Assembly (NCBI GenBank): GCA_026026165.1 | Contig: JAPEUD010000019.1 | Coordinates: forward strand, 62,001-126,000 | Direction of reading: 5' to 3' | Source of the DNA: Sarea resinae | Taxonomy: Eukaryota | Length of the DNA: 64,000 nt | Part shown: positions 46,825-59,848 of the stretch, piece after piece | Position numbering within the stretch: position 1 is the first letter of the stretch | How the letters are laid out: each line of letters begins with the position of its first letter | Position numbers and translations under genes: made by a program | The notes under the pieces: generated by a model | Seen by the model: only the letters and a program-made list of their open reading frames with translations | Database searches by the model: none | Told to the model about the DNA's origin: nothing

Positions 46825-49800
46825 ATGCTCAGAATGCCCGTTGCGAGGGGTCCCAGCCTTCGCCATCTTCCTCGATCTCCTTCGGTTCGACAAGGCCTCA
46901 ACATTCAAGGCTTGTCAGGACATATCGCAAGTGCGGAAGAGGAGGAAAGTGGTCAAGAAGAGGAGACAAGTATACGGAATCACACTACCACTTATAAATG
47001 GGGCTATACGTATAGAGGAGATCGCCCTCAAGATATACCAATCAAAATTGATAAGGGTAAGGAGCTCGAAGATGAAAGCACCAGTAACGAGCAGCAGGAG
47101 GTCAACCGTGCCTACGAACAGCAATGGGAGAGAGACAGCGTGGACTACATGCACTGGGGTGATGATTACGCCAACAAAGACAACGACAGCCGTTATTTAA
47201 ATGAAGAGATCATCACCCAGATCGCTCAACTTGCCCACTTCGAGCCGATGCTACTCAGCGCCAGTGGCCAGGAACGCGTCGACCCCTTCACCCGAGAACA
47301 AAGCCGATCAGAAGCTCTACGTTTGTTGACTCAGGAACAGATCATGTATAGGACGAACGACGATACTGATGCTAAAAGTGGGCTCACCAATCCAAAATAC
47401 AGGCCCAAAGCACAACACAGACCCCCAGGTCTCGTCCTAGATGCGAATCCTGAATACTTGATCAACGACTCCACTGGTGAGATCCTTCACACCCCTTTAT
47501 TTACTCGGTCAGATGGCGTTCCTTCCCATCCCAGGCCGATCCCTAGGGGCGTCGTCGGATCAGCCCTCAACAGATATCTGGAGGGGAACAACTCCAGCAC
47601 GGATAACATTGACTACCATGTCTTGCACTCGGGGTTAGATTATCTGCATTTACCTACGGAGGGAGGGGGTAGCACGACCACAAACTCCCCATCGTCTCGA
47701 CAGGTTCAATTTCCGTCCACCGTTCAAGCGCTGAGTCCGTTGAGACTGGCGCGAGCAGATGAGTCAAGAGGATTTCGCAGCTTTGGCACCGCAGCAGGGC
47801 CCTCACGGCAAGATCCAAATTCGCACCCCCCTTCAACCACCTTCTCCTCTCGAGATCTACTAGGCCGCTCTCCCTTTCCTCCATTGCGGCCTCGCGACAA
47901 GCAGATACCCAAGTCTCAGAGTATGTTGGATCTGCTTGCTACGCTACGCCAGACCGAGACCGGGACCGGAACCGGAATTGAGACCAAATCACAGCACAAA
48001 CAAGACTTCGCCTCGCAGTCTGCCGTGAGACAGCGGACGGGAATGCCTATGCATGTGAATGATTTTCATAAGCCGCTTGATACTAACAAAGAACTTCCGC
48101 CTCTTCCAGCAGAAGCGCAATATGCCCCGAGATATCGTCTGCGCCGTAATCAGCCTCATGCAGCGTTCCTGGAGAGGAAACGGAAAATAAGGAATAGGAC
48201 CACTGATATATCTTCGGCAGGTAATACTACTCCGTGTTCCAATGAGAGTAACAATAGATTCAGCCGCAGCATTGATAGACTAGTCTCATCTGCTATTCCC
48301 CCTTCCACGCGCGTCGACAATGGCAGCTCGAGCCCCCTTCCCTCCCAGACTATCACATACATCAAGTCCACGTCCACGTCCACCTCACATGCCACCTCAC
48401 ACCAACACAATCCAGTCACAGCTATCGCCACTGGTAGTTCTCCTTCGGCCACTCTTCGCCGCAATTGTTTCCAATCCGCAGATTTATCGCGGGATTACGC
48501 ACGGGCAATCGAGGACTTACACGATCTAGTGCGGATCGTGGATGAGTCTTCTTCCGAGGACGAATCGGATCAAGAGGAAGGTCTTGAAGGGACTAAGGAC
48601 ACCAATGGGCAAGTTAGAGGGGAAGGGATTTCAATCAAGTGGGATGCGCATGGGCCCGGGATCGGAAATGGAGGAGGTAAAGATAGCGATGGAGAAGAGG
48701 ATGATCAACTTGGAGACTTACCAAGACCGGCCCATGCACCTTCACCGACCTTGCCGATGTCATCGAAAGGCCCGGCTGCTGCGGCTCAAGAGCATCATCG
48801 CGGACCTAATGCTCCTTTTATCCCGACTAATCCCGTCCATACGCTTCCGCCCGGCAGGAAAATCCGGAAGAGAACGAGTGTCTTGCGACGTGTTGAACGG
48901 CGTCCTCCTTTCTCTCTTCCTTACGATCTCATGTATGCTCAGCATACGTCTCGGACTGATTCTAGCTTGACTTTTCCGAGCCAGACTCCGAGCCCTTGTG
49001 GTTATGATCATCGAGATGATAAAATCGATGGTGATGATGATGTTGGATATCATGGCGTCCAGAAGCTGGATGAGGAGCAGAAGCAGAAGCGAAAGGACGT
49101 AGCCGGGCTATTGAGCGTCAGTGTCACATCTCCTCTGGTGGCATCTTCTCCGCTTTCCACCACTCCGAGTCCCATTCGAAGTCAGGATCAACCGTTACCC
49201 CAGTCTCAATACCCAAGCCACAACCAGCACCAGCACCAGACTAAACCAACTCAGCGGTCTTTCGCAAGCAAAGGCACAGCCCAGGGTTCAAACGCAGGTA
49301 TAAAGATACCGGCTTATCTGAGACGTTCAAGTTCCATCTACTCGCACGACCGAGACGTCATCGATGCCGTACTCCGAGAATACGAAGACGCGGGCGTGGG
49401 GTCAGGGATGGTGTCAGAAGAGGATGAAGCGAAGACTGGTCCGACGGTATCAGGGCAGCAGCAGCAAGCTGCAGGGAACGAGAAATTGAATGCGAAGGAG
49501 AAGGGGAGATTTGGGATTCTCAAGAAGGTGCGTGATCTTTTCTGTTGCCCCGGCCTGATCATTCTGCTGTCTGCGTTTTCAGCATCCGTTCCCGTTGTAT
49601 CTGTCATTTCTTTTCGTCTCCTGTCAAGTCCTCTCCCCCCCAATATTCCCAACACTCCTTTGCATTCCATCCACAATCACAAACACCCAAAGAGACTAAA
49701 ACCCACAGATGCTCCCAAACTCTCACCGTCAATCCTCTCTTCCCTCCTTCCCGTCTCTCCCAAGCCTGCCCGCCTTCCCTTCCATGCCCTCCCTTCCGCA

Positions 49801-50112
49801 CCTCCCGCTCCCGACCCGCGAGAAGCTCAAAGCGCTACTCTCCATGAAGGAGTAAAGGCCTCTTCTAGGTGGTGGGCTGGAACTGGGAGATTCGGGTAGG
49901 AGAGCAAGCACGGTAACAAGCTAACTGGGTATAACATCCTCGTCTGGCGCGGCACAATACAGTACAAGAACATGGCACGGTATCACATGGCTCGGCGACT
50001 CATAGACGACATAGCGGGCTTCCTACAGGTATACAGGAACTAATCCATGCATACATAGATCAAACGGATTACAAGACAGGAGAAAGGACAAGATCAGACC
50101 ATGACGAGATAA
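46825..50112 (+). CDS. Hypothetical, largely disordered protein (about 920 aa); both ends uncertain
   Basis: 3.3 kb stop-free frame (46600-49899) rich in S/P/R/Q with no domain I recognise. A probable GTGCGT donor at 49528 precedes a pyrimidine-rich stretch. Candidate last exon 50059-50112 (IKRITRQEKGQDQTMTR*) follows ACTAAT...TAG. Confidence 0.6.
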
Positions 50113-51338
50113 AGGGAAGACAAGGCGACAGATATCAAGTCCGGACAGGATCCGACAGGATCAGCAGGTACAAAATCAAGCTTTGAGAGGAGATGAGATT
50201 GCCATCTATCTGCCATCTATCTGCCATGCTCTCTACCTTCTATAAACCACTAGCTCGAGACTGGAATCTGGAAAGGAGCAGACCTTGGCATTGGCGTCGG
50301 CGTCGGCGTTGACGTCGATCAAGGTGTCGATCAAGGTGTCGATATCTCTATCTCTCGTCTTCTGTTCTACTCTCTTTGCACTTGTCCTTTTTTACTCTCT
50401 ATATTCCACTCTCTGGTTTTTTTCAAGGTTCTATTCAAGTTTATGTTTCTCTGTTATGTCATCAAGTTTTCGGTTTCTGGTTTCTGGTTTCTTGTTTCTG
50501 GTTTTTGGGTTTGGGGTTTTGTTTTTGATAACCTGTTATTTAGTTTGAGATTGATTGATTTAGTATTAGGATGTTTTTTTAGGATATTAGGTAGATAGAC
50601 CAAAAGACTGTTCGGTCTAGATATTGAGATATTTGTTTGTATCTGTTGTATCTGCTATATTGGATCAAATGATCAGGTTGATTAGGCTGATGACTAACTT
50701 GACTTGACTTGCTCTTATGCTCTTACTCCTACTCTCACTCTTACACAACATCTGTCAAAAACAAACAGCGTACAGCGTGTTTATGCAAGGAGATAGAGAA
50801 CAGAGAAGCCGACCCCAGAAATTTTGCTCTGATAAAATAGACGTATAGATGTATAGATAAACTATATGACAGAATGAAAAAGTAGATAGGAGACCAAGGT
50901 TGGTGCAATTTGGTTTCTATTTTCTTATTACGTATCGAACTACACTTGACCCAAGCAAGCAAGGTACACAAAAGGCAGTTCCTTTATTTTATTTTCTCTT
51001 CTTCTTTTTCTTTCTCTCCCTCTTTCCCCTTGACTACCTACTCAAACCCTTTTCGCTCCCCCTCCTCCCCTTCCTGCCTTTTCGTGCTGTGTCGGAGTAG
51101 ATAGAGTAGATGAAGTGGAGGGTCCTGCGTCGGGTCCGGTCCGGTCGTCCTGATATTGGCTTTCCTGGGCTTCTTGCTCGATCTTGTGGTGTCAGAAGAC
51201 GAGTGCGTGCGTGAGTACGTGGTTGATCGAGTGAAACATCTTGTTTTTTTCTCGCTTTGCCCCCTCCGGCCCACTCATTCCGCGCGTGGCGGAGATTTCT
51301 TGGCAGCGTAGGTCCTGCCGTCCCTGGTCAGGCTCCTA

Positions 51339-51710
51339 CTATGTTTCTTTCTTCCATGATCTTCCTATACCGGCCAAGGATGAAGGTGTGGTGATGGATA
51401 GCACAGTGGGATGACGAGATCTGCTTTTCTGCGTCTTCCTCGATACTCGCACGTCCCTTTTCGACTTTATTTGCAGCTCCTGGCTCCCCCAACGATCTGA
51501 AATTCGGCTTAATTGCTCCCGTTCGGTGCCTTCCTTGCGTTGGAATGCGTCCCTCTTGTCCCTTTCCCAGTCCTTCTCATTAGCCAGCAGAAAGCGACTG
51601 GTGGTTTCCGACTCGCACGGGCCTCGACCGCTCGAATGGGTCGACAGTGCTGAATCTCCAGTCGAATCCTCATACCACGCATAATGGGGGTCTTTCCGAA
51701 ACCCCGTCAT
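51339..51710 (-). CDS. Possible hypothetical protein (123 aa)
   Basis: ATG-initiated charged ORF starting 80 nt after the MCT1 stop. No recognisable family; it may just be 3' UTR. Confidence 0.25.
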   Translation of the reverse strand: MTGFRKDPHYAWYEDSTGDSALSTHSSGRGPCESETTSRFLLANEKDWERDKRDAFQRKEGTEREQLSRISDRWGSQELQIKSKRDVRVSRKTQKSRSRHPTVLSITTPSSLAGIGRSWKKET

Positions 51711-51790
51711 CCTTGATATCCATGACGGTTATATCCAGTCAATTGTGTATTCCCGATCCATTTTTAAACAAACACTTTCTCACATCCATC

Positions 51791-53186
51791 TCACTCGTCC
51801 TCGTCCTCGTCCTCTTCCACAAAATCAGTACTATCCAAAGCCTTCAGAATTTCTTCTACATCCTTCGGGTCGGTGACGCCCCAGACGCCGCCACCCTTGA
51901 CGACGTCATGGCCGCGCATGCCGACCTCCTTGCCCACGAGGTTCCGGCCAACTTTTCCCGGCCCAATGCCAATCCACCGGCGCACTTTTTCTTCTTGATC
52001 TAGATACCGCACCGAGTCCCACCATTGCACGGTTTCGATGCAGGAGCGCGCGAGGAGATCTTTGAGCTCTGCGCGGGAGCGAAAGGGGCGTGCGGTTACG
52101 TTGGAGATGCAGGGCATCAGTGCGGGGAAGGTGATGATATCCTTATTGGCTCCGTGGCTAATCGAAGAAGACGGTTGGTTCAGCATCTTGCGCATGAGGT
52201 CCGTGGCCGGTTTCATGAGAGGGCTGTGAAACGGAGAGTCTGCTTTGAGGCGGACGGCACGGGGGTCACGGCCTGTGAATTGGCGGAGATGCGTAAGGAG
52301 TGTCTTGATTCGTTCGATGTTGCCGCTGAGGACGATCTGGTTCTTCGAGTTGATGTTCGCGATCAATACTTGTTGGATCGGCGGTACCTCCCCGGAGTCC
52401 TGCTTCGCTCCCGGCGAAGAGCTGTCGAGGAAGTCGTGAATGGCTTCAATGAGGGATCCAAGATGGCCCGGCTCACACACCAGCGCTATCATGCCAAAGT
52501 CACATCCTTCTTGCTGGGAAGCGTCTCTGGAAGTTTGCGCCATGACTTCTGCCCGGCGCCGTACCATGCGCAGGGCATCTTCGTAGCGAAGATATCCTCC
52601 TGCGACTAGGGCGGCAAATTCGCCTAATGAGTGCCCGAGCGTAACGTCGACGCGTTGTTCAGTCTTGAAGCCGAATTCCTGTTCCAGCACTCGGAGGATC
52701 AAGATGGAGGTCGCCATGATAGCCGGCTGGGCATTTTCAGTGGCGGTGAGGGCAGCGTTTGAGCCTTCGGTGATCATGCGCGACAGCGGGTATTGGAGGA
52801 GGGAGTCGAGTTCCTCGAAAAAGGGTTTTGCGGTACGAGGAAATGCTTCGAGCCATGGGTTCGCCATGCCAACTCGTTGGACGCCTTGGCCTGGAAGTGG
52901 TCATTAGTGAGGAGCTCCATCAAAAAAGTATCGTCATCTCCGGTAGTGATTTAGACCTACCAGGGAAGAAGAGAGCTGTCCGTGACCGTCTCGTCGGATG
53001 TGTTGATGCCCATCTTCTCTGTTGGCTTTGCTGATGCTGCTGAACCCTCCGTCGCGGAGGCAATGGCCCGACCTCTGCAGACAGAGCAGCCCGCCGACCA
53101 CAGCAGCACATCTCCGTCGGCCATGGCGAGCAGCTCCAGCGCAGAGCTCCTTTGCCTTTTGATACTCCGCTGGTGAACCTCTTCAT
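51791..53186 (-). CDS. MCT1: Mitochondrial malonyl-CoA:ACP transacylase (intron about 52891-52960)
   Basis: RTALFFPG-QGVQRVGM, TENAQPAI, catalytic GHSLGE, ANINSKNQIVLSG, SPFHSPLM and IGPGKV; Arg-rich presequence. Confidence 0.93.
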
Positions 53187-53330
53187 GAAGCCGATTGATG
53201 GACCTCTTCGGTCAACGGCTCAAAAACAGCTCAAAATTCCCCGCACGAGCAAGTCCTGTGGACGAAGAGTTGTTGGGGAGGCCAGATTGACGAGTACAAC
53301 GACTTTCTCTTCTGTTCTGAAATTTTTCTC

Positions 53331-53371
53331 ATGGATATCGCTATGGATATCGCTATGGATCGGCGCTATGG
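53331..53371. repeat. Short 12-bp tandem repeat (ATGGATATCGCT) upstream of MCT1
   Basis: atggatatcgct atggatatcgct atggatcggcgct atgg. Confidence 0.7.
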
Positions 53372-53933
53372 CCAAATCATATTGGAGTAGGTAATCTCGG
53401 AGCCTTATGCGTCCATGGCCGAAGTCATCGTGGATCTTTGACGTTCTAAGCCTCGTTAGAACGCGATGCTATGTCAGAACAGCACGAAATACTTGGTACA
53501 CTGTTTACTCCGGGGAAGACGCATAGGTAGAGTAGAAGTATCAATACTAGCCCCTCCTGGGCTACGTACACAATACCGCTACCACTTTACCTGGGAGGAG
53601 AACGTATTCGACCGAGAGATGCCCGGAGAGTACTTATCAAGTACTTCAACTTGCCGGAGCATCTAGCAACGATACCTACCTCCTAGTTCCTCTCGAGCTC
53701 AGATTCAACTATCTCCTTGCAGTACTTTACGGTAGCATCCATATCTACTCCGATTAGAAGGTAGTACAGATTAACATTGCACACATACTTGCATGAGTCT
53801 GATGCTTAAATATGGCCCAGACCGACTGCATGATGCTACTAATGATGCTATATCTTGGCCATGTTCCCTCCGAAGGAAAGTCGAAATCCAAAAATACGAC
53901 GATGGAGCGGTGGATGGCTTGAATATTCACTGC

Positions 53934-56185
53934 CTAATTTCCATTCTTCCTCCCCTGCTTTCCCTGACTCTCCTCATCCGTCTCTGTATAAGCCCCAACA
54001 CCCTTTCCCCACTTCCCAGCTCGTTTTCCCCATCTCACCATCCCCCAAGCATGTACGAAGTCGAATTTGGGGGGCGGACCTTGCCATGTGCGGAAGGGGC
54101 TGTAACTCCTTTCTTTCTCCCTAAGTTCTTTCTCGGAGCCTGTCTCGTCAGGATCGGACGCCCCTTCATCCAGGTCTATACTGCTGCTTATGTTGTTGAC
54201 GGGACCAGAGGGGGATGACTCCCATGGCCTTAAAGAGGCGGGGAGAGGCTTCCACCATCCTTCGTCACTGCGTTGCCACCACCGCCGGCCGCACATCTCC
54301 CACAGCCTGCTCCTGGCCCGCTTGTAGGCAAATTTCTCATCGGCACCTGTAAGGGCTGTTGACGTTGCTGTCGTTCTGGTCGTAGGATGACCGAGCCCAA
54401 AATCAGAGTCTTCGTCTGCGAGGATGGAACGGCGAAGAGATGCTGAAGCTAAAGGAGAGGTGTATGCGGAGATGTTGGGACGGAAAGGAGATGTCAGGTC
54501 TTGCTCAATTTCCGAAAAGGTTTCGGGATAGAGAGCATCTGAATCATGAGCATCATCTTCTGTTGCTTCTTTGAGTGGAGAGATCCCCCGAGAAGCTGAA
54601 CCAGGGATGTTATCACGTTTCGTACCGGAGGACATGGTCAAATTTGTCTCTGGGAAGAAGATGTCATCGGGTCCTGCTTCTGCGCGGATGAGAAGTTTAC
54701 AACGGGCTTCGTATAAGGCGTCGAGAAGGGTTATGAAGCGGCGGGCTTCGTTGCGGTGGGCGAGGGTGAGTATGGGGACGTCTGTGAGGATGAGAGTGTG
54801 AAAGGTTGAGGCAAGGGTTATGTAGTCTGCCGGGCCGAGGGTAGTAGCGCAGAGCTCGTCAAATCTCCACATTGTTATGCCGACGTGATAACGAGGGATG
54901 CTGACGGTGCGGCCGTAGATACGCATGGCGCCTGCTGTCCACGAAGGGGGTTGAGGTTGGCTGGAGATCGAGGTGTCCGAGCCTAACACGCTGGAAACGG
55001 CGCTGTCCCAAGATTCATTTTGTGCATCTCGATGGATTGGATCCGTCGAGGGAGATGGTGCGAGGAAATAATTGATGGGAAAATTGCCTCTTTGAATTTC
55101 ATGCCAGTGTTGTCTTCTTCCACGTGATTTCCTTGTCCAATTGCCGTAGAAGCACTTGATATTCTGGAGGCGCTTTGTAGTTGACTTACAGCGTGGGCAG
55201 CCTCTCGGTCAGCATGACTTTTTACTACCTCTCCTTCTGCCTCACGCCTTCTCCAATCTCTACCCCCTTCCATATCCCATATTTCACAACGAGCCTTGAG
55301 CACCTCCAAGAAGCCCGCCATTTCTCCTTGACCTGCAAACATGCTTTCGCTTCGCCCATCATTACCTCCTATTCGGAGACCCCATCTATCACCTAGTAAA
55401 CCGAATCTGGACGGAGGGGGCGGCGGCGAAAACTCGATCCCAGCGGCATTTGCCAATTCCTCAGGCATGCGATTGCTTGAAGCTATCAGCACGCCTCCAA
55501 GGTGGAAGAAACTAGTCAGCAGATTTGACAGTATCTTCGAAGCCGTCCTATCTGGGAGCTGAAATTCGTCCAAGAATAGGATTGGCGATGTGGAAGCCAA
55601 TTCCCGAGCAAGACTTAACATGGAATATTCATGCTCTTCTCCAGAATTTCCCTCTATCGAATAGCCACGGCGTAGATTTTCCAATCGCGTTAATATTTCT
55701 AACATGAATGTGTTAAAATGCCATCGTCGCTTTTTTCGATTCGGTAGACAATCCGCCAATAGATCAACCAGCATGCTCTTGCCAGTTCCCACTTCACCAT
55801 GCAACAAAAGACCTTTCGGTGATTGTAGGTGCAGCGCAGCATCCTGGCTAGTCAAGGACCTCACAAGTGCTTGGGTGTCTCTCTTCTCTTTCTGCGCCAA
55901 AAGGGAAGAGATGACGCCCTTCCGGCCATGCTCGGACAGATGGCGGATATCTTGGTCAAGGTACTGAGACCTGGACGAGCCCACAGCTAGTCGAATCTGT
56001 CTCAGGCGTCTGGCATAATCAATTTCAGGCTCATAGTCCTTGAGCCGGTAATATAACTTCTGGAGGTGAAGAGCCAGCCGATGCTGCGAAGGATCCGGAT
56101 CAATGCGCTTGGTAGCAATTAAAGCCCGATAGAGCACAAGCGGATTAGTGATTGTGAGGTCTTTGGCATAACGGGTAGAAGACAT
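53934..56185 (-). CDS. AFG1/LACE1 (ZapE)-family mitochondrial ATPase, split by a -1 frame break near 55080
   Basis: Walker A PKGLLLHGEVGTGKSML, RWHFNTFM, Walker B ILFLDEFQLPD and SSNRMPEEL lie in ORF 54983-56338. FDELC...LGPADYITLASTFHT and NEARRFITLLDALYE...DEKFAYKRARSRLWEM lie in ORF 53934-54989, in a different frame. Confidence 0.88.
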
Positions 56186-57120
56186 GAAGAGGAAAATAGA
56201 GCATATATCAAAGACAATTATAACAGCAGCAACAAGTTTGTTAAAATTATCATATCGGCACAACTCGACTGGTGTTGACAACGGACCGGACCGTATTATC
56301 GATAGTATGATATCTTCACTTTGGTCTTTATAGCCCACCGTACCATAATCTTAACTCCGAACTTCCAGGAGCTAAATCCACCTGGAGACTGGCCTCCATA
56401 CGGATTAATGTCTAGCGCTGTTGGACTGGGTGTGTTCGTTTCGATGACCTGCTCAAATACAAGAGATTGCTGCGACGGTCTACAAAAGGAGAAAAACTAC
56501 GGCAGAGTATGGTGGCCAAAGTGCTGCGATCAGTGTAAGATTCATAATTCGATAATGGCGTCAAACTGTGACTTCGATGATAGCCACTTGCTACATCCCG
56601 GCCTCGCTTTGGAAAGGAAAAGATGGCTATAGTGCCTTTAGTTGTCAGAAAATCATTCCTCATCACATCGTGATATGTCCCAGAAGCTGCCGAGGACGTT
56701 CGTTACCATGGGTGAAAATCTGTGAACCGCCTTCTCTCACCCTATGCGCTTGACAGACACCGGCTATCTGCTTCCTTCTCGACTATATTTTCGTTCAGCT
56801 CTGCGGAGAGACTATGCAATTATCTGCTCTTCTCTCCAGGAGTCTCGGTCGACATGTACAGAGTTGCGATATTGACGCTTTGGTCGAGTAGCGCCATCTT
56901 AGGACTGGAAATTGTCATGAGGAATTGTGAGCATCAATGCCTAGAACCATGATTGTAAAGCTGCCGGCATTCCGCATGTGCTCTATCCAGTGTCCTGGTC
57001 CTTTTGCTGAGCTCAATTTGCTGAGGTCGTAATAGTCCCCGAAAGGAATGAAAGATCCAAGGCACTTCCTGCAATCGATCCAGAACGCCTGTGGCGCCAT
57101 GCTTTTATTCCCGTAGAACC

Positions 57121-57810
57121 TCAGATGCTGGTGATGCCCGGAACCCATGTTTCACCGATCCTCTTGACCTCATTTATGAATTTCTTGCTGGTGATCTGCG
57201 TTGATCCAATCCTTTGCTGCGCATTGGCTGTCGCGGGGGTGTGTTCGTCTGGGCTGTAGAACGGATTTTGTAACAGTCGTACATATGCTGTGTGTAATGC
57301 TCGGAACGCCTGGAGATTGGACATCTCGTCAGCTTCACCTTCCACCCATGAGCCATGGCTCCTTGGGCTCCGCAAAGGACCTACCGGCTTCATGTCGGCA
57401 TCTCTGAGTCCCGTTATGGAGACACTCCTTCGATTATCGGCAGCAGGTCGCCCCTCCATATCGACAATGATGATGATTTTAATCCCAGTGTTCGTCAGCC
57501 AGCCGTACATGGACAGCCTCTCGTCTACGGCTTGGAGAAGTCCAAAGTCCTGGTCTGCGGTCTTGCTTGGGGCGCGAATCTCGAAGATGTCGAGACACGA
57601 TGAGAGGAGGAAGGAGAATTCAAGTTTGGAGCGGGCGCCTGGTGGGAAGAGGGATATATGGAGAGGATTGTTCTAGAGACGGTCAGGGGTTTTGATTGCT
57701 ACAGTGTGCCTGTGACTCTTCCACGATCGAACCATTGAGGACAGCTTGAGCGGAGTCTAACATACTTGTTTGGCGATGACGCCGATGCAGGCTATCGCTG
57801 GAGAGGCCAT
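57121..57810 (-). CDS. TRAPPC2L: TRAPP complex subunit 2-like (sedlin family; 3 exons)
   Basis: IACIGVIAKQ-NNPLHISLF...SCLDIFE...GLLQAVDERLSMYGWLTNTGIK...AFRALHTAYVRLLQNPFY. Confidence 0.9.
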
Positions 57811-58177
57811 TGTGTTAGGAATGGATCTCGTCGATGGGCAGGTCCACGGTTCAAGGGTCCCGGGGGTCCCTCGGTCCTGTCTCTTCAGCTTGTCAGGTCG
57901 TCGCCTCGGCGTTCTCCAGGTACGAGGTACGAGCACAGAGTACCTCGTGACCAGCTCGGCTGCTGAGCGTTGGCTGTCGATTGGCACACCTGCCGACCCA
58001 ATCAGACGGGCGCTTTTGTCAATCGACTTCGATTTCGATGATGTTGCTCCAAGACCGACAGTAGAGAAGTGACCGTCGATTGCCACCTCCATCACCGCCA
58101 TCACCTTCGCCCCTCTCCACTCTCTTCATCGCCAAGCCATCTTCATCTCACCCGGCCATATCACCAGTGAGATCGTG

Positions 58178-59247
58178 ATGTTGTTTCCCACTCGAACAGC
58201 GGGCTTGCGAGCCCTACGTGGTACGTTTGGATCCGTTATCTTCCCCACGCCCGAAGGAAGAAGGGAGACTTCCAGGATATCGGATATCAATGGCGGCGAA
58301 AGATATCAGATTGAACGGCCGGCATTCATTCTGGATAAACTGCATCATGTGCTGACGTGCTTTTGACCAACAGCCCAGCCATCGGCCGCACTCCTCCCCA
58401 TCCGAGCAATCTCCTCATCGGCTTCAAAGTCCGCCACGAGCGTGTCTCCAGCGAATGTGTCCAACGACCCGCCATTGAGCGTCACGGGCAAGGTCCGGCG
58501 CGAGGTGCCGCTGGCCAGCCAGGAGCCCAAGAAGGGCGTCATGCAATACGCATTGTACGTGATCTTGAACCCCACCATCCACCTATCTCAATCCCCTTTA
58601 CCCACCACCCCTTTGGGGCCAGGATGGGCCGCTCAGCCGTCATGCACATCAAGCACAGTAGTAACTGACTGCCACAACAGGACAACGCTCGACCAAGTCA
58701 CAAATTGGGCGCGTCAATCGTCGACCTGGCCCGTGACATTCGGTCTGGCTTGCTGCGCCGTCGAAATGATGCACGTGTCGACATCGCGCTACGATCAAGA
58801 TCGTCTCGGGATCATTTTCCGTGCCTCGCCCCGCCAATCGGACGTGATGATCGTGGCCGGCACTCTCACCAACAAGATGGCTCCCGCACTGCGCCAGGTC
58901 TACGATCAGATGCCGGAGCCCCGCTGGGTGGTGAGCATGGGGAGCTGTGCGAATGGAGGCGGATATTACCATTACAGCTACTCGGTCGTGAGAGGATGCG
59001 ATCGTGTCGTCCCTGTGGATATCTATGTTCCCGGATGTGAGTTACATGATTTGATCCAGCAAGTAAAAGCATTTGGGCCGCTAATTTTCTCCCTCCTAGG
59101 CCCACCTACCTCCGAAGCCCTCATGTACGGTATCTTCCAACTGCACAAGAAGGTATAGCAAAGAACCCTCCATCCAGAGAATGCCCATATTAACCAGCGC
59201 GACAGATGCGAAGTACCAGGATCACGCGCATGTGGTACCGAAAGTAA
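58178..59247 (+). CDS. NDUFS7: NADH:ubiquinone oxidoreductase 20 kDa (PSST) subunit (5 exons)
   Basis: [61 protein letters not shown]; ends TRMWYRK*. Confidence 0.97.
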
Positions 59248-59848
59248 AGAGCAACTCGCAGTCCCGCCATCAACGACCAGATCAGCGAAACCTCTTACGC
59301 CCGCCCACCCCCTTACCTTCTGGTGGAATCCCTGTTCGCCCTATCACCTCCAAGTCCACCATCAATCGAACAGGAGCAGGCGTGCTTCTTCCTCTCCATC
59401 TCTCTGACGCACCCCTCCTGGTCTTTTTCTTGTTTCAAATAGCACCATATCTTCCCACGAACCGCTTAACCAAACAATCAACCAATCACCCGAATCCCGA
59501 ATTCAGCATCGTGTGCGCCGTGCGTCCTTGTCTGTCTGTGTCTATACGCCTAGCGGAGGCAGCCCCCGTCACTTCATCTTCTTTCAAGAGCTCGTGCTAT
59601 TGCTTCTATCGATGCGTATGGGGTGTGTGTATATACGGAAAAAAATCGAAAAAGCAGAGAAATGTTCTGACCTGGAATTGTGTGCAAATGCCAATAAAAT
59701 AGTGCGATGCTATATGACAGCCTATGCTATGCTATGCTATGCTCCCGTACACTAACCCCCTATCATCCACGGGCTATGGTACGGTACCGAAGAAAGAAAA
59801 GGATGATTCTCACATGAAATACCAACGACAAGCCTACGTCAAAACCGC

